Source: Candidatus Moraniibacteriota bacterium (GTDB lineage: Bacteria > Patescibacteriota > Minisyncoccia > Moranbacterales > GCA-2747515). Taken from it: a stretch of DNA of 64,000 bases. The position numbers were made by a program, and so were the translations under genes. The stretch is from positions 2,440-66,439 of the forward strand of contig JAGLWU010000002.1 in the NCBI GenBank assembly GCA_023133275.1. Direction: 5' to 3'. The notes beneath the pieces are model-generated. The model made no database searches and had not been told where the DNA came from. It worked only from the letters and a program-made list of their open reading frames with translations. Below, in pieces: positions 10,025-20,551 of the stretch (positions are counted from its first letter, which is position 1; every line of letters begins with the position of its first letter).

Positions 10025-10966
10025 TTATTTTCCAATTGGAAATTTATCTGTAATTATGTTACCCGTAAAACTTCCATTGTCTGTATCATTAAAATGATTA
10101 GAATTAACAGGTGTTGTAATTAAATCAACAACTTTAGAAATTAAATGATTCTTTAATCCTTCATCTGTTTTTTCTTTTAATAAATAATTTTCTAAAATTT
10201 TTGCATTTAATTGCAAATGTCTGTATCTTGAAAGTAGATCTGCATAAATACGATAATTCTTTTGAGCAAAATAATATTGAGAATAAAGTAAACCAAAAAA
10301 TGCCAATTTAAAAAGTGCTAAAGCATATAGTTCATTTCTATCTATTTCTTTACAAAAATATAAAATAAAATATGACAAAAAAATAATAATTGAAAATATA
10401 ATAAGCAAACCAAAAATATTATTTCTTTTATCCATCCAATATTTTGCTGATTCTTCATTATTATTATCAGTACCTAATTCACTGACTCTATCTGAAATTT
10501 GTTTTTCAATAACATTACTTGTTTTACCATCGATAACATTTTCAACATTTTTTAATGCATTATTTAATTTTTCTATTTGATTATCTACTGCAATTTTATC
10601 TTCTTTTAATTTTTCTATTGAATTATTTTTTGTCTCCTCAGTTTCAAAATTTTTTAAAACAAAATCATTTCTTAAAAATAAATCTATAGTAAAATCTCTT
10701 ACTTCAATTACAGACTGTTTTAAATTATTTATATATTGAGCAGCAAAAGAATTTGGATCTTGTTCTACTTGTTTTATACCTTGAGAAACTTTCATAAACT
10801 TTTTATTCAATTCAAGTTCCTCAACCTCATCAGCAACACCAAGAAAATCAATTAAATTAAAAAATTTATTACATTTATCTATTTCTTTTGTATACTGATA
10901 TATAATTTTTCCATTAATTTTATAAGTATTTAATTTATTAATAAATTCTTCTTTTTTTATATTCAT
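10025..10966 (-). CDS. hypothetical coiled-coil / two-TM membrane protein
   Basis: 313-aa ORF with a long coiled-coil region followed by two hydrophobic helices (LLIIFSIIIFLSYFILYF; LYALALFKLAFFGLLY). No motif recognised. Confidence 0.5.
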   Translation of the reverse strand: MNIKKEEFINKLNTYKINGKIIYQYTKEIDKCNKFFNLIDFLGVADEVEELELNKKFMKVSQGIKQVEQDPNSFAAQYINNLKQSVIEVRDFTIDLFLRNDFVLKNFETEETKNNSIEKLKEDKIAVDNQIEKLNNALKNVENVIDGKTSNVIEKQISDRVSELGTDNNNEESAKYWMDKRNNIFGLLIIFSIIIFLSYFILYFCKEIDRNELYALALFKLAFFGLLYSQYYFAQKNYRIYADLLSRYRHLQLNAKILENYLLKEKTDEGLKNHLISKVVDLITTPVNSNHFNDTDNGSFTGNIITDKFPIGK

Positions 10967-11026
10967 AATATTAAAATTTTAATTTCACTAAAAAGAAACA
11001 TACCCAAAAGAACGCCTCTCACAAAA

Positions 11027-12670
11027 TTACTCACTCAATTTCTTCGCCGCCTTCACAAAACTTATAAACAAAGGATGCGGACTCAACGGAGCAGACTGAA
11101 ACTCCGGATGAAACTGCGTTGCCAAATAAAACGGATGAACACTCATTGGCAATTCCATAATCTCCATCAATTCACCATTCGGCGACTTTCCAGAAAAAAC
11201 CAATCCAGCCTCTTCCAATTTCTCAACAAACTCAGGATTAACCTCATACCGATGACGATGACGTTCAGAAACCTCAGTCTCCTTGTATGTCTTAAACGCA
11301 ATTGTTTTTTTCGCAATAACCGCAGGATAACTGCCTAATCGCATCGAACCACCGAAATCCTTATTCTCCAATTTCTTTTTTTGCTCTGGCATAATATCAA
11401 TAATTTTATTCTTCGCATTCGCTTTCATCTCCACCGTGTGAGCATCTTCAAGTTTCAAAACATTTCGAGCATATTCAACTACCGCAATTTGCATACCATA
11501 GCAAAGTCCGAAATAAGGAACTTTATTTTCTCGACAAAATTCCGCTACTTTAATTTTTCCTTCAATCCCTCGAGAGCCAAATCCACCAGGAACTACAATT
11601 CCTGCATAATTTTTAAGATCCTTAAGTTTTTTTGGATCTTTTTCATATTCACTACTATCTAACCAATCGATTTCAGGTTTACAACCATTGTAATAACAAG
11701 CATGTTTAACTGCTTCAATCACACTAATATATGCGTCTGAAAGAACGAAATCTCCGCTAGAAAAATATTTTCCAACAACTCCAATCTTCAAAGTTTTCTT
11801 CGCTCGGGTAATTTTATTAGCAAACTTAGTCCATTCAGTTAAATCTTTAGTCTTCGATTTTAAGTTTAATTCTTTAAGTAAAATATCACTCAAACCATCT
11901 TTTTCAAAATTAACAGGAACATGATAAACACTTTCTACATCAGGTGCACTAATCACATTTTCTTTTTTCACACTGCAGGAAAGAGAAATTTTTTCTTTTC
12001 GCTTTTCATCTAATTTAATATCGGAGCGAGCCACGATAATATCTGCCTGAATACCTGCTCCATTTAAAGTTCGAGAAGCATATTGAGTTGGCTTAGTTTT
12101 CATTTCACCAACCTTACTCGGCATTGGAACATAACTAACTAAAACGAAAAGTACATCTTCTGGATATTTTGTTTTCATCATCCGTGCTGCTTCGAGAAAA
12201 AGTATGTTTTGATATTCGCCAATTGTTCCTCCAATTTCGATTACTGAAACATCCGCATCAGCTTTTTCAGCAGCTGTTTCAATTCGATCGATAATTTCTA
12301 ATGGAATGTGTGGCACTACTTCAACGCATTTTCCTTTGTATTCTCCATTTCTTTCTCGTTCAATTACGGTTTGATAAACTCGTCCTGTTGTCATGTAATT
12401 TGTGCGAGTCAAAGTTGTTCCTAAGAATCTTTCGTAATTCCCCATGTCTTGATCGGTTTCATCTCCGTCTTTGAGAACGAAAACTTCTCCGTGTTCTGTT
12501 GGGTTCATTGTTCCTGCATCTACGTTAATGTAAGGATCGATTTTAATTGCGGTTACGTTAAATCCTCGGGATTGGATTAATTTTCCAACGGATGATGCGG
12601 TTATTCCTTTTCCGACTCCGCTCATCACTCCTCCAACTACGAATATAAATTTCTTATTTTTTTTCGCCAT
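11027..12670 (-). CDS. pyrG: CTP synthase PyrG
   Basis: GGVMSGVGKGITASS, the synthetase domain, and a GATase domain with GLCYGMQ. Confidence 0.95.
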   Translation of the reverse strand: MAKKNKKFIFVVGGVMSGVGKGITASSVGKLIQSRGFNVTAIKIDPYINVDAGTMNPTEHGEVFVLKDGDETDQDMGNYERFLGTTLTRTNYMTTGRVYQTVIERERNGEYKGKCVEVVPHIPLEIIDRIETAAEKADADVSVIEIGGTIGEYQNILFLEAARMMKTKYPEDVLFVLVSYVPMPSKVGEMKTKPTQYASRTLNGAGIQADIIVARSDIKLDEKRKEKISLSCSVKKENVISAPDVESVYHVPVNFEKDGLSDILLKELNLKSKTKDLTEWTKFANKITRAKKTLKIGVVGKYFSSGDFVLSDAYISVIEAVKHACYYNGCKPEIDWLDSSEYEKDPKKLKDLKNYAGIVVPGGFGSRGIEGKIKVAEFCRENKVPYFGLCYGMQIAVVEYARNVLKLEDAHTVEMKANAKNKIIDIMPEQKKKLENKDFGGSMRLGSYPAVIAKKTIAFKTYKETEVSERHRHRYEVNPEFVEKLEEAGLVFSGKSPNGELMEIMELPMSVHPFYLATQFHPEFQSAPLSPHPLFISFVKAAKKLSE

Positions 12671-12700
12671 ATTTTTTTGTTAAAATGTTATTTTAAATTA

Positions 12701-13381
12701 TTATTTCACTTTCTTAAAAATTCTATTGCACTCAGAAATATTTTCAATTTCTCCATAATGATAACAATTATCTTTATCTCTTGCATAATATTCGGAACCA
12801 CCATACCCATTAAAATAAACTTCCGTAAATGCTTCAAATGATTCCAAATCAATATTGATAATTTTTTCATTCTTATAATAGATATTATTCTTATCTTTTG
12901 CATAATTTTGATTCAAGACTTCAAAAGATTTATAATCAATATCATTCACTTTTTCACAATTCCAGCTACAATGATAAAAACTATTTTTATCTTTTATGTA
13001 GCCACTATTATCTCCTCGAACAAGTCCATCGCCATTATCAAAACTAAGTAAATCCAATGTTTCAATATCTACATCATTCATTATTTGTGGAGGAGTAGGC
13101 ATCGCTGTATATACACACTCAAAGTAAAGTTGATTTTTATCTTTAAAAAAAGTCCCTGCAATATGCTCAAAGGTTTCAGAATCAGAATTTTCCAATTTAA
13201 CTAACTCATAATTTTTCAAAAAACATCCATCAAAATAAACTGTGTTATGATCTTTTTTATAACAACCTACAAAATCAACTGGCTCCGACTCAATTTTATT
13301 TTCTTCAGTTATAATTTCATCATTCTTTCCACAACCAACCAAAGTCCCACACAAAATTAACAAAATAAAATATTTTTTCAT
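12701..13381 (-). CDS. DKNYY-family lipoprotein
   Basis: Lipobox LILCGTLVGC. Repeated KDKNxxY(Y/H) motifs: DKNQLYF, KDKNSFYHC, KDKNNIYYKNE, RDKDNCYHYGE. Confidence 0.6.
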   Translation of the reverse strand: MKKYFILLILCGTLVGCGKNDEIITEENKIESEPVDFVGCYKKDHNTVYFDGCFLKNYELVKLENSDSETFEHIAGTFFKDKNQLYFECVYTAMPTPPQIMNDVDIETLDLLSFDNGDGLVRGDNSGYIKDKNSFYHCSWNCEKVNDIDYKSFEVLNQNYAKDKNNIYYKNEKIINIDLESFEAFTEVYFNGYGGSEYYARDKDNCYHYGEIENISECNRIFKKVK

Positions 13382-13499
13382 AAAATTAAATTTAATAAAT
13401 TACTTAAAAACTAAATTAATCACCTAAAATCCCCTTTTACAAAGTCAAAGAGACGCTTGAGTAAAAGCGCCTCTTTTAAAATCTAAATTAACCAAAAAT

Positions 13500-13946
13500 C
13501 TATTTTGAAGAAATCGTTAGAATAACACCAGCCTTAGCCTTGTCACCATAATCAATCACAATTTCTAAAGTAGTCAACTCCTTAATTGGCTCAGCCAAAA
13601 TAACCATGTTTTCATCAACATCAATTTTGTGCTGTTCTTTAATTGCCTCAGCAATCTGTTTCTTATCCACAGAACCAAACAATTTATTGCCTTCAGCTTT
13701 AGAAATAATATTAACTTTCTTCTTATCTAATTTCTTAGCATTTTCTTGGGCAGCTTTTACTTTATCAGCTTGAACAGCCTCATCCTGAGCTTTTTGTCGC
13801 TCCAATTCAGCCAACGTCTCCTTAGTCGCAGGACTAGCCATACCATTCGGAATCAAACTATTAAAAGCAAAACCATCAGAAACATTAACAATGTCTCCTT
13901 TTTTCTTACCCAAATTCTTATTGTCTTCGTTTAATATAACTTTCAT
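13500..13946 (-). CDS. rplI: 50S ribosomal protein L9
   Basis: MKVILNEDNKNLGKKKGDIVNVSDGFAFNSLIP is a typical L9 N-domain. Stop codon TAG. Confidence 0.9.
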   Translation of the reverse strand: MKVILNEDNKNLGKKKGDIVNVSDGFAFNSLIPNGMASPATKETLAELERQKAQDEAVQADKVKAAQENAKKLDKKKVNIISKAEGNKLFGSVDKKQIAEAIKEQHKIDVDENMVILAEPIKELTTLEIVIDYGDKAKAGVILTISSK

Positions 13947-14055
13947 AAAATCTTTAATACAAATACAAATTTCACATAATCTAATTTCTAGTATACACGA
14001 ATTATTTCTTTTTGCAAGACTTTAAAAATTAAATTGTGCTCGCCGCACGGACTTT

Positions 14056-14275
14056 TTAACCGCAAGAAACTTTTCAATCCATACAAAATTTATGCAAACC
14101 CTTAGATTTGTCATTCCGGAAAATATATTTTCTTTCCGTAGTAGGGCTCAAGCATGCCTGAGCCCTACTACTACAAGAAAACAATTTATTCAGAATCTAT
14201 ACTTTAAATTTAAAGAAAACTCAAAGTACACTTTTTTCTGAAATCCTGAATAAATTATCTTTCCACTTCGTTACA
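14056..14275. repeat. composite repeat: GTGC-hairpin module plus a TGTCATTCCGGAAAATA long hairpin element with REP hairpin 2 nested in its loop
   Basis: gtcattccggaaaatatattttctttcc ... GTAGTAGGGCTCAagcatgccTGAGCCCTACTAC ... caatttattcagaatc; then ttctgaaatcctgaataaat. Confidence 0.7.
14138..14171. repeat. REP hairpin 2 (GTAGTAGGGCTCA...TGAGCCCTACTAC)
   Basis: Perfect 13-bp arms, GTAG head, inserted into the loop of a TGTCATTCCGG hairpin element. Confidence 0.7.
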
Positions 14276-14326
14276 AAATAATTTTTTAGGATTACAGTTT
14301 TTTTAATTTTCTAACTATCTACAAAT

Positions 14327-15472
14327 CTACTGATCTATCTCACCCAAAACACTCAACAAAACCCCACTGCTCCACGCAAACGGACTTGCACTTTCCCAAA
14401 AACGTTTTTTATAAACTTCACCACCTACAAAATAAGTCTCACCTGCTTCTTGATTTTTAACAATAATTTTTTCAATTTCCTGTAACATTTTTTCCGCTAA
14501 TTCAATTTCTCCATTTTCATAAAAAGCTTTGATTAAAAAAGCATCAATCCATAACCAACTAGTCGACGTATGATAATCCGCAATTCCCATCACTCGCACC
14601 ACTGGATTAATTTTATACCATGGATGACCTGTCGGCACAGCTGGAACAAAAGTTCCGTATTCATAAAAATAATCTTTTAATTTTTTCACAACTAAATTTT
14701 TCTGATTTTCTTCACCAACATTAAAAATTACCGCCAATACATTTCCCGCTAAATCAAAAATCTTTTCATTGTTATCCTTCCTAGTCTCATCAACAAAAAA
14801 TTCTCCGTTCCAAAATCTGTCTTGAATAATATTTTGAGTTTTAACGGCTAATTCTAAATATTTAATTTCCATTTCTTTATTTCCGAGAGTCCTCGCCAAA
14901 ACAGACATTTGCTTCAACGCTTGAAAATATAAAACATTCGTATACAAAACTGGACCGAATTTAAAAACCGTATCCATCCAATTGCCTAAAAAATATTCAC
15001 TAATCAATCCACCTTTTTCAGTTTTAATATGCCAATCAATTGCTTTTTGAAGTTTTGAAAAGTTTTTTTGTAAAAATTCTGTGTCCTGAGTTTTTTTAAT
15101 GTATTGAGTAAAAGCATTAATTAAAAGTAATTCACTATCTTTAGCGTAAAAAGGTTTTACTAAACCATGATAAGTTGGCTGTGATTTCTTTCGTTTTAAT
15201 TTTTTGCCTGTTAAATATTTTATTGCATTTAAATCGAGTGAAATTTTACGAGGAATTTTTCCGTCTTCGCGTTGATAAGAAAGGAAGTATTCGAAACAGT
15301 TTTTTGCTTCTTGTGCATCTCCAATTTCTAACATTCCAGATAATGCCCAAAAGGTATCTCGTGCCCAAAAGTCTGAAAAGTGTGTTGGTGATGCGACTAC
15401 TTTTCCGTCTAAATAACAAGCTCGTAAACTTTTTTTGGTTATTTGTTTTAGTTGTGAGTGGTTTTGATTCAT
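14327..15472 (-). CDS. (alpha/alpha)6-barrel glycoside hydrolase-like protein (GDE_C / GH63-like)
   Basis: FWARDTFWALSGML and C-terminal SPFAWSSG motifs resemble amylo-1,6-glucosidase/GH63-type six-hairpin enzymes. Stop codon TAG. Confidence 0.5.
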   Translation of the reverse strand: MNQNHSQLKQITKKSLRACYLDGKVVASPTHFSDFWARDTFWALSGMLEIGDAQEAKNCFEYFLSYQREDGKIPRKISLDLNAIKYLTGKKLKRKKSQPTYHGLVKPFYAKDSELLLINAFTQYIKKTQDTEFLQKNFSKLQKAIDWHIKTEKGGLISEYFLGNWMDTVFKFGPVLYTNVLYFQALKQMSVLARTLGNKEMEIKYLELAVKTQNIIQDRFWNGEFFVDETRKDNNEKIFDLAGNVLAVIFNVGEENQKNLVVKKLKDYFYEYGTFVPAVPTGHPWYKINPVVRVMGIADYHTSTSWLWIDAFLIKAFYENGEIELAEKMLQEIEKIIVKNQEAGETYFVGGEVYKKRFWESASPFAWSSGVLLSVLGEIDQ

Positions 15473-15477
15473 GGTTT

Positions 15478-16882
15478 TTATGACATTATCCTCTTTCCCT
15501 TTCCTGAAATAAAATATTTAACTTCCCTGCCTACTTTTTTATTATCGACTAAATACTCTTTTTTTAAAACTTTAAAATCTTTAATTCCTGTTGATTTCGT
15601 AATCTGATTATTATCCACATAAACACTTAGGGTCATGACATTTCCAACAGACTTAGTAAGATATTCTAAGAGTTCTATTTGTCTATCATTTAAACTAAAT
15701 TTTAATTCCAATCTTTTATTTCTACTTTTCTTTTTTTTCTGTTCAATAGATATTTTTTCTATATATTTTTCAAAATCTTTTTTTGCCTGTTTTATTTTTC
15801 TTATATTATAATCGATAAAATATGTCAAGTCTTCATCATCTTGCTCTGAATATACATAAGACATTTTATATTGTTGTTGAGATTTTTTTATCACTAAAGA
15901 AATAGGATAATAGCCAAAAAAATGATAGTCATGTTTTAAAAGATATAAATAAAAAAGTAATCGAGCCATTCTTCCATTACCATCATAGAATGGATGTAAA
16001 TATCCTATCCAAAAATGGATCATTATAGCTTTAATTACTGGATGAACAAATTCATATTTTTTATCATCGTTAACAAAATCTATCAACCTTTTCAATTCTT
16101 TTCTCACAAAAGAAATATTTGGAGAAATATGTAAAATATAATTTTTTTCATTATCAACAACATTAATAATTTCATTCTTCTTTCTTAATCTACCAATAGC
16201 ATCCAAATTATCATCTTCTATAGCTCCTTTTGTTAAAATCTTATGATATTTCAATAAAGTCTCTAAGCCAATTTTTTTGTCTTTTTGACCAGCAAATTCT
16301 GATTCCAACTTCATCATAGCTTTATAATTATTCAGAATCATTATTTCATCTTTTGTTTTTGGCTCTCTTTGTTCTGTAATCATCTTTATTGCTGCATCTC
16401 GGGAAGAATGTGCCCCTTCAAGTTGAGCAGAGGCAATAGCTTCCTCAGACAAGGAATTAAGAAAAATTCTTTTTTTTGTCTTTTCATCTAAATTATCCCC
16501 AATAGAAAAATTACCACCTAAATATAAATCTGTCTCATGTAGAAACTGATCAAGTCCAGGTAAATCATTGTATGTAAAAAATTTATCACCTTCTGTTCTT
16601 ATAGGTGTTTTTTTGGATTTAATATTTCTTGCAACTTTAATCATTTTCCAAGCAAGATTAATATCAAACCCTTCTAATTTTTTATCACCATTTTTAAAAA
16701 TTTCTTCATACTTATATTTAACCTTGTCCCAAAATAAGTATCTTTTATCTTTCTCTGAAAAACCAAAATCATAAAAAATATATCCATCTTTTTCATTTTC
16801 TAAAAGTCTAATCTTTATAGTATTATTAGGATCTTTTATATCTTTTGGCTTTTCTAAAATAAATTTTGGTAAATTAGTCATA
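15478..16882 (-). CDS. Fic family protein (Fic_N plus Fic domain); start trimmed to ATG at 16882
   Basis: SAQLEGAHSS (Fic_N) and HPFYDGNGRMARLL (Fic motif). The annotated 5' extension to 16977 only translates the upstream palindromic repeat. Confidence 0.8.
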
Positions 16883-16892
16883 TTTTTTAGTA

Positions 16893-16995
16893 AAAAATCA
16901 ATAGGTGTAGTGTATACCTTTACTATACCTATAGTATACCTATTCTTGAAAAAATGCAATAGGTATAGTGTACACATTTAGTACACCTATTTTTG
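16893..16995. repeat. two tandem, roughly 50-bp, internally palindromic direct repeats (AATAGGTGTAGTGTATAC...GTATACCTATT)
   Basis: Unit 1 at 16893-16948 and unit 2 at 16949-16995, between the Fic start and the mrdA stop. Candidate operator. Confidence 0.6.
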
Positions 16996-17001
16996 AAAAA
17001 A

Positions 17002-18915
17002 CTATTTATCTTCACTCTTTTCTTCCTCACCAAAATACCATTTATAAACATCATACGCCACTGGCACAGTCGAAGAAGAAATCCTATCCGTCTGATCCTC
17101 CACCATCACCACCAAAGCAATCTCTGGATCATCATAAGGAGCATAAGACACAAACCAAGAATGTACCCTATCATTCCCCCTTTTACCAAATTGAGCAGTA
17201 CCAGTTTTACCCGCAACTTCCACAGACAAATCTTTTAACATTGTCGCAGTCCCATCACTAATTGCTTGTCTCATTCCTTCTTGAGCAACTTTAATATCTG
17301 TTTTACTCGCAATATCATTTTTTAAAATAACTGGTTCAAATTTCTGCTCATTTTCTTCCACATCAATAATATGAGAAACAATTTGCGGTTTATATAAAAT
17401 CCCTCCGTTCGCAATAACTGAAATCGAATTAAGAACCTGCAGAGGCGTGGCTGTAATATAACCTTGACCAATCGATGAATTATAAGTATCTCCTAAATAC
17501 CATTTTTCATTAATTTTATTTTTTTTCCATTCTTTATCAGGATAAACACCAGCTACTTCACCAAATAAATCAATTCCTGTTTTTTTACCATAACCAAACT
17601 GTTGCATATATTTTTTCATTTTTTCGATACCTAAACCTTGAATATCTGGATAATTTTCATGTCCACCACAGGCAGTATAAAAATAAACATCACTAGAAAC
17701 TGCAATCGCTCGTCGCATATCAGTAAATCCATGAACTTTCCAATCTCCAAAAAAAGAATTTCCTACTTTTATACCTCCCTTACTTTCAATTTCATAATCA
17801 GGTGAAATAATTTTTTCCTGTAATATTGCCAAAGCCTCCACTGGTTTCACTGTTGATCCAGGTGGATAAGCTCCACTGATAGATCGATTAAAAAGAGGAT
17901 TATTTTTATTACTGATCAAAGAATTATATTCAGACGCTTCAATTCCTCGGGCGAAAAGATTATTATCATACGACGGCAAACTAACCATCGCTAAAATTGC
18001 TCCAGTTTTTGGATTCATAGCTATAGCTGTGGCTTTTTGTGTATCAGCTCTTTCTAATTGTTTTTCTAAACTTTCTATAATAACTTTTTGCAATTCTGAA
18101 TCAATATTTAAGTAAACGTTTGAACCTTTTTTAGCTGGAATATCACTTAATTTTCGTACTAATTCCCCTCGACTATTTACCATTGACTGAGTTGATCCGT
18201 GCCCCCCTCTTAAAGATTTTTCATAATAAGTTTCAATACCTGTTTTTCCAATCCGATCAGTTAATAAATAATCCACTTCATTTTCCCATTCTTCTTTTTG
18301 AATTAAGCCTTCATAACCAATAATGTGTGAAAATAAAATTCCATCTGAATACTCTCGTAACGCTGTATTTTGAATAGCAATTCCTGACACATCCTGACCC
18401 AAACCTGAAATAATTAGAGATTCCTCATGAGAAATATTTTCTGCAAGAATGAGAGATTTTTCAGTTTCATCAGATAAATTAATTTTGACTAAAGTTTGGT
18501 CATACTCAAGAGAAGTTTTTTCACTTAATATTTTAGCAATTTCTTCTCTCTGAGAATTTTCACTAGGCAAATTTTCTGGAATAATAATAACGCTTTGATT
18601 AGGTACATTTTTAGCTAAAACTTTTCCATTTTTATCAAAAATCTCACCACGAGCAGCAATAATAGGAACTGAACGAACACTTTGACCTCCAGCAATTTCA
18701 GAGTAATAATCACCCTGAACAATAGTTAAATAAAAAACTCTCCCCGCTAAAAAAAACAAAGTCAAACAACTTATTGCCCACAAAAAATTAAACCATTTAC
18801 TATCAGATTTAAAAACTTGTTTATTTTCACTTTTGCTAAATTTATCAATAATAGGATCATCGATCTCCACCATTGAACGTTTAATTTTATCTCTCATAAA
18901 AAATTTATTTATCAA
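17002..18915 (-). CDS. mrdA: penicillin-binding protein 2 (peptidoglycan transpeptidase)
   Basis: N-terminal TM, dimerisation domain, transpeptidase motifs STVKP, SSD-like and KTGTAQ. Synteny with mreCD. Confidence 0.9.
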   Translation of the reverse strand: MINKFFMRDKIKRSMVEIDDPIIDKFSKSENKQVFKSDSKWFNFLWAISCLTLFFLAGRVFYLTIVQGDYYSEIAGGQSVRSVPIIAARGEIFDKNGKVLAKNVPNQSVIIIPENLPSENSQREEIAKILSEKTSLEYDQTLVKINLSDETEKSLILAENISHEESLIISGLGQDVSGIAIQNTALREYSDGILFSHIIGYEGLIQKEEWENEVDYLLTDRIGKTGIETYYEKSLRGGHGSTQSMVNSRGELVRKLSDIPAKKGSNVYLNIDSELQKVIIESLEKQLERADTQKATAIAMNPKTGAILAMVSLPSYDNNLFARGIEASEYNSLISNKNNPLFNRSISGAYPPGSTVKPVEALAILQEKIISPDYEIESKGGIKVGNSFFGDWKVHGFTDMRRAIAVSSDVYFYTACGGHENYPDIQGLGIEKMKKYMQQFGYGKKTGIDLFGEVAGVYPDKEWKKNKINEKWYLGDTYNSSIGQGYITATPLQVLNSISVIANGGILYKPQIVSHIIDVEENEQKFEPVILKNDIASKTDIKVAQEGMRQAISDGTATMLKDLSVEVAGKTGTAQFGKRGNDRVHSWFVSYAPYDDPEIALVVMVEDQTDRISSSTVPVAYDVYKWYFGEEEKSEDK

Positions 18916-18954
18916 ATTATCAATATATCAGTTGTAACTTAAATTTTAATTTGT

Positions 18955-19002
18955 GAATCTAAATATCTACAAGTCTAATTGTCTAAAAGTCTAATTCTCT
19001 AA
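18955..19002. repeat. array of six units with TCTA phased every 8 bp (gaaTCTAa ataTCTAc aagTCTAa ttgTCTAa aagTCTAa ttcTCTAa)
   Basis: Read directly. An inverted partner array lies at 19527-19554, so mreD is bracketed by the two. Confidence 0.65.
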
Positions 19003-19511
19003 AGATGTCTTTTTACATCGATTTTCTGAGTATAAAAAGAAATAACTTTTTCCGAGCGACTAATTAATTTGGAAAAAATAAAAAAATAAAAAACACTTAT
19101 TAAAATATAAAAGAAAATTTGTCGTCCTAAAAATAAATAATTTATTTCATTTCTTTCAAAAAAATAATTAGCAACAACTACGGCGGTCGTTAAAAAACTA
19201 ACTCCAATATACGCCAAAAAAATCCTTTTTCCAGAAACTTCAAAAATGGAATAGTTTATAAAATTGAAAATTATTACAGTAGAAAAAATAACTAAAAAAT
19301 ATATTCCAATATGAGAGGATGCTAAAAAATCATAAATTAAGGCAAAAATACTTATTTCCCAAAAAACTTCCTCAAAAGATTTTACAAACACCCAAGAACA
19401 TCCGAAAATAATTGGCAATATTAAAGGAATGGATAAAATTGCCGAGGCAAAACCTATGCAAATAATTAAGAAAAAAATTATAATTAAAAATCTAACAAAA
19501 AAATTTAACAT
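18999..19511 (-). CDS. mreD: rod shape-determining protein MreD (by synteny and topology)
   Basis: 170-aa polytopic membrane protein encoded between mreC and mrdA. Confidence 0.55.
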   Translation of the reverse strand: MLNFFVRFLIIIFFLIICIGFASAILSIPLILPIIFGCSWVFVKSFEEVFWEISIFALIYDFLASSHIGIYFLVIFSTVIIFNFINYSIFEVSGKRIFLAYIGVSFLTTAVVVANYFFERNEINYLFLGRQIFFYILISVFYFFIFSKLISRSEKVISFYTQKIDVKRHL

Positions 19512-19526
19512 AAATAAAACAGATAA

Positions 19527-19554
19527 TTAGACTTGTAGAATGTAGATAGTTAAC
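19527..19554. repeat. TAGA/TCTA 8-bp phased array, inverted relative to 18955-19002
   Basis: ttagacttgtagaatgtagatagttaac. Confidence 0.6.
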
Positions 19555-19687
19555 TTTTAGTCATATTTATTCTACTAAAAATTCTGTCAATAAAAATTTA
19601 TTGAAAATAATAAATTAATAAATCAAAAATTATTTAAACAAACGCAAAACATTGCAATACAATTATTTCTAAATATTTAAAAATCTA

Positions 19688-20494
19688 TCATTCAACAATT
19701 ACTGAAACAAAACGAATTTTATTGAAATCTACTAAAGGCGTAATTCGAGCTTCTTTAAATAAACCATCTTGTGTAGTAGCCACACTTTGTACCACCCCAA
19801 CCGAAAGACCTCTCGGGAATTTTCCACCAATTTGCGAAGTGATGAAAGTCATTCCTGTTTCTATTTCTGCATCTTGATGAATATTTTCTGCTTTTATTGA
19901 AATTCCGTGTTCGCCTTTTGCGATTGCTTCTGTTCCTGATTCAACGGTAACAATATTAACTGAACTATCTGGATGATTGGTTAATTTTACTTTTGATTGA
20001 TTGACAAAAACTTCATCGACAAAACCGATTAAATTTTTCCCTGCAACTATTACTGGCAACCCTTCTTTTAATCCATCTTGACTCCCTAAATTAATTTTAA
20101 TCCAATCGATTTTTCCTGAAATATCTCGATTGATAACTTCTGCTCCAATTAAATTAAATTCTTCTTTAGGTGATAAATTTAATTCTTCTCTTAATTTTTT
20201 ATTTTCATTGGTTATATCTTTTAATTCTGTAATTTTTGATTTTAATTTTAAGTTTTCTTTGTATAAATTTTGATTGTCTTGTTTTAATGTTCCGATGGAT
20301 TTTAAAGTGTTTGTTGTATCTTTTAATTTATTTCCGCCGATATATCCAACTTGGACTACTGGCATAAAAATTGTGTGGAAAAAATTTCTGACTGGTGAAA
20401 GTTTGTCATAGGGATTGAGGATTACTAGAAAAATCGCCACTGCGAAAACTAGTGTTATTTTTAGTTTTGTTCTTTTTTTATGTATTTTTTGCAT
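19688..20494 (-). CDS. mreC: rod shape-determining protein MreC
   Basis: TM helix, coiled-coil (LKQDNQNLYKENLKLKSKITELK), C-terminal beta domains. The ORF track's TTG start at 20542 was trimmed to the ATG at 20494 (MQKIHKK). Confidence 0.75.
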   Translation of the reverse strand: MQKIHKKRTKLKITLVFAVAIFLVILNPYDKLSPVRNFFHTIFMPVVQVGYIGGNKLKDTTNTLKSIGTLKQDNQNLYKENLKLKSKITELKDITNENKKLREELNLSPKEEFNLIGAEVINRDISGKIDWIKINLGSQDGLKEGLPVIVAGKNLIGFVDEVFVNQSKVKLTNHPDSSVNIVTVESGTEAIAKGEHGISIKAENIHQDAEIETGMTFITSQIGGKFPRGLSVGVVQSVATTQDGLFKEARITPLVDFNKIRFVSVIVE

Positions 20495-20551
20495 GGGAAA
20501 CTTTTTTGATTTTACGATGTAATTATAGCATGTTGTGAGCAAATTACTTGA

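Noticed and set aside
15478-16977. N-terminal extensions of ORFs 15478..16977 and 36091..37377 as given in the ORF track
   Set aside because: The extra N-terminal residues are translations of intergenic repeat modules. Starts were trimmed to the internal ATGs at 16882 and 36169, which begin the conserved parts of the proteins.
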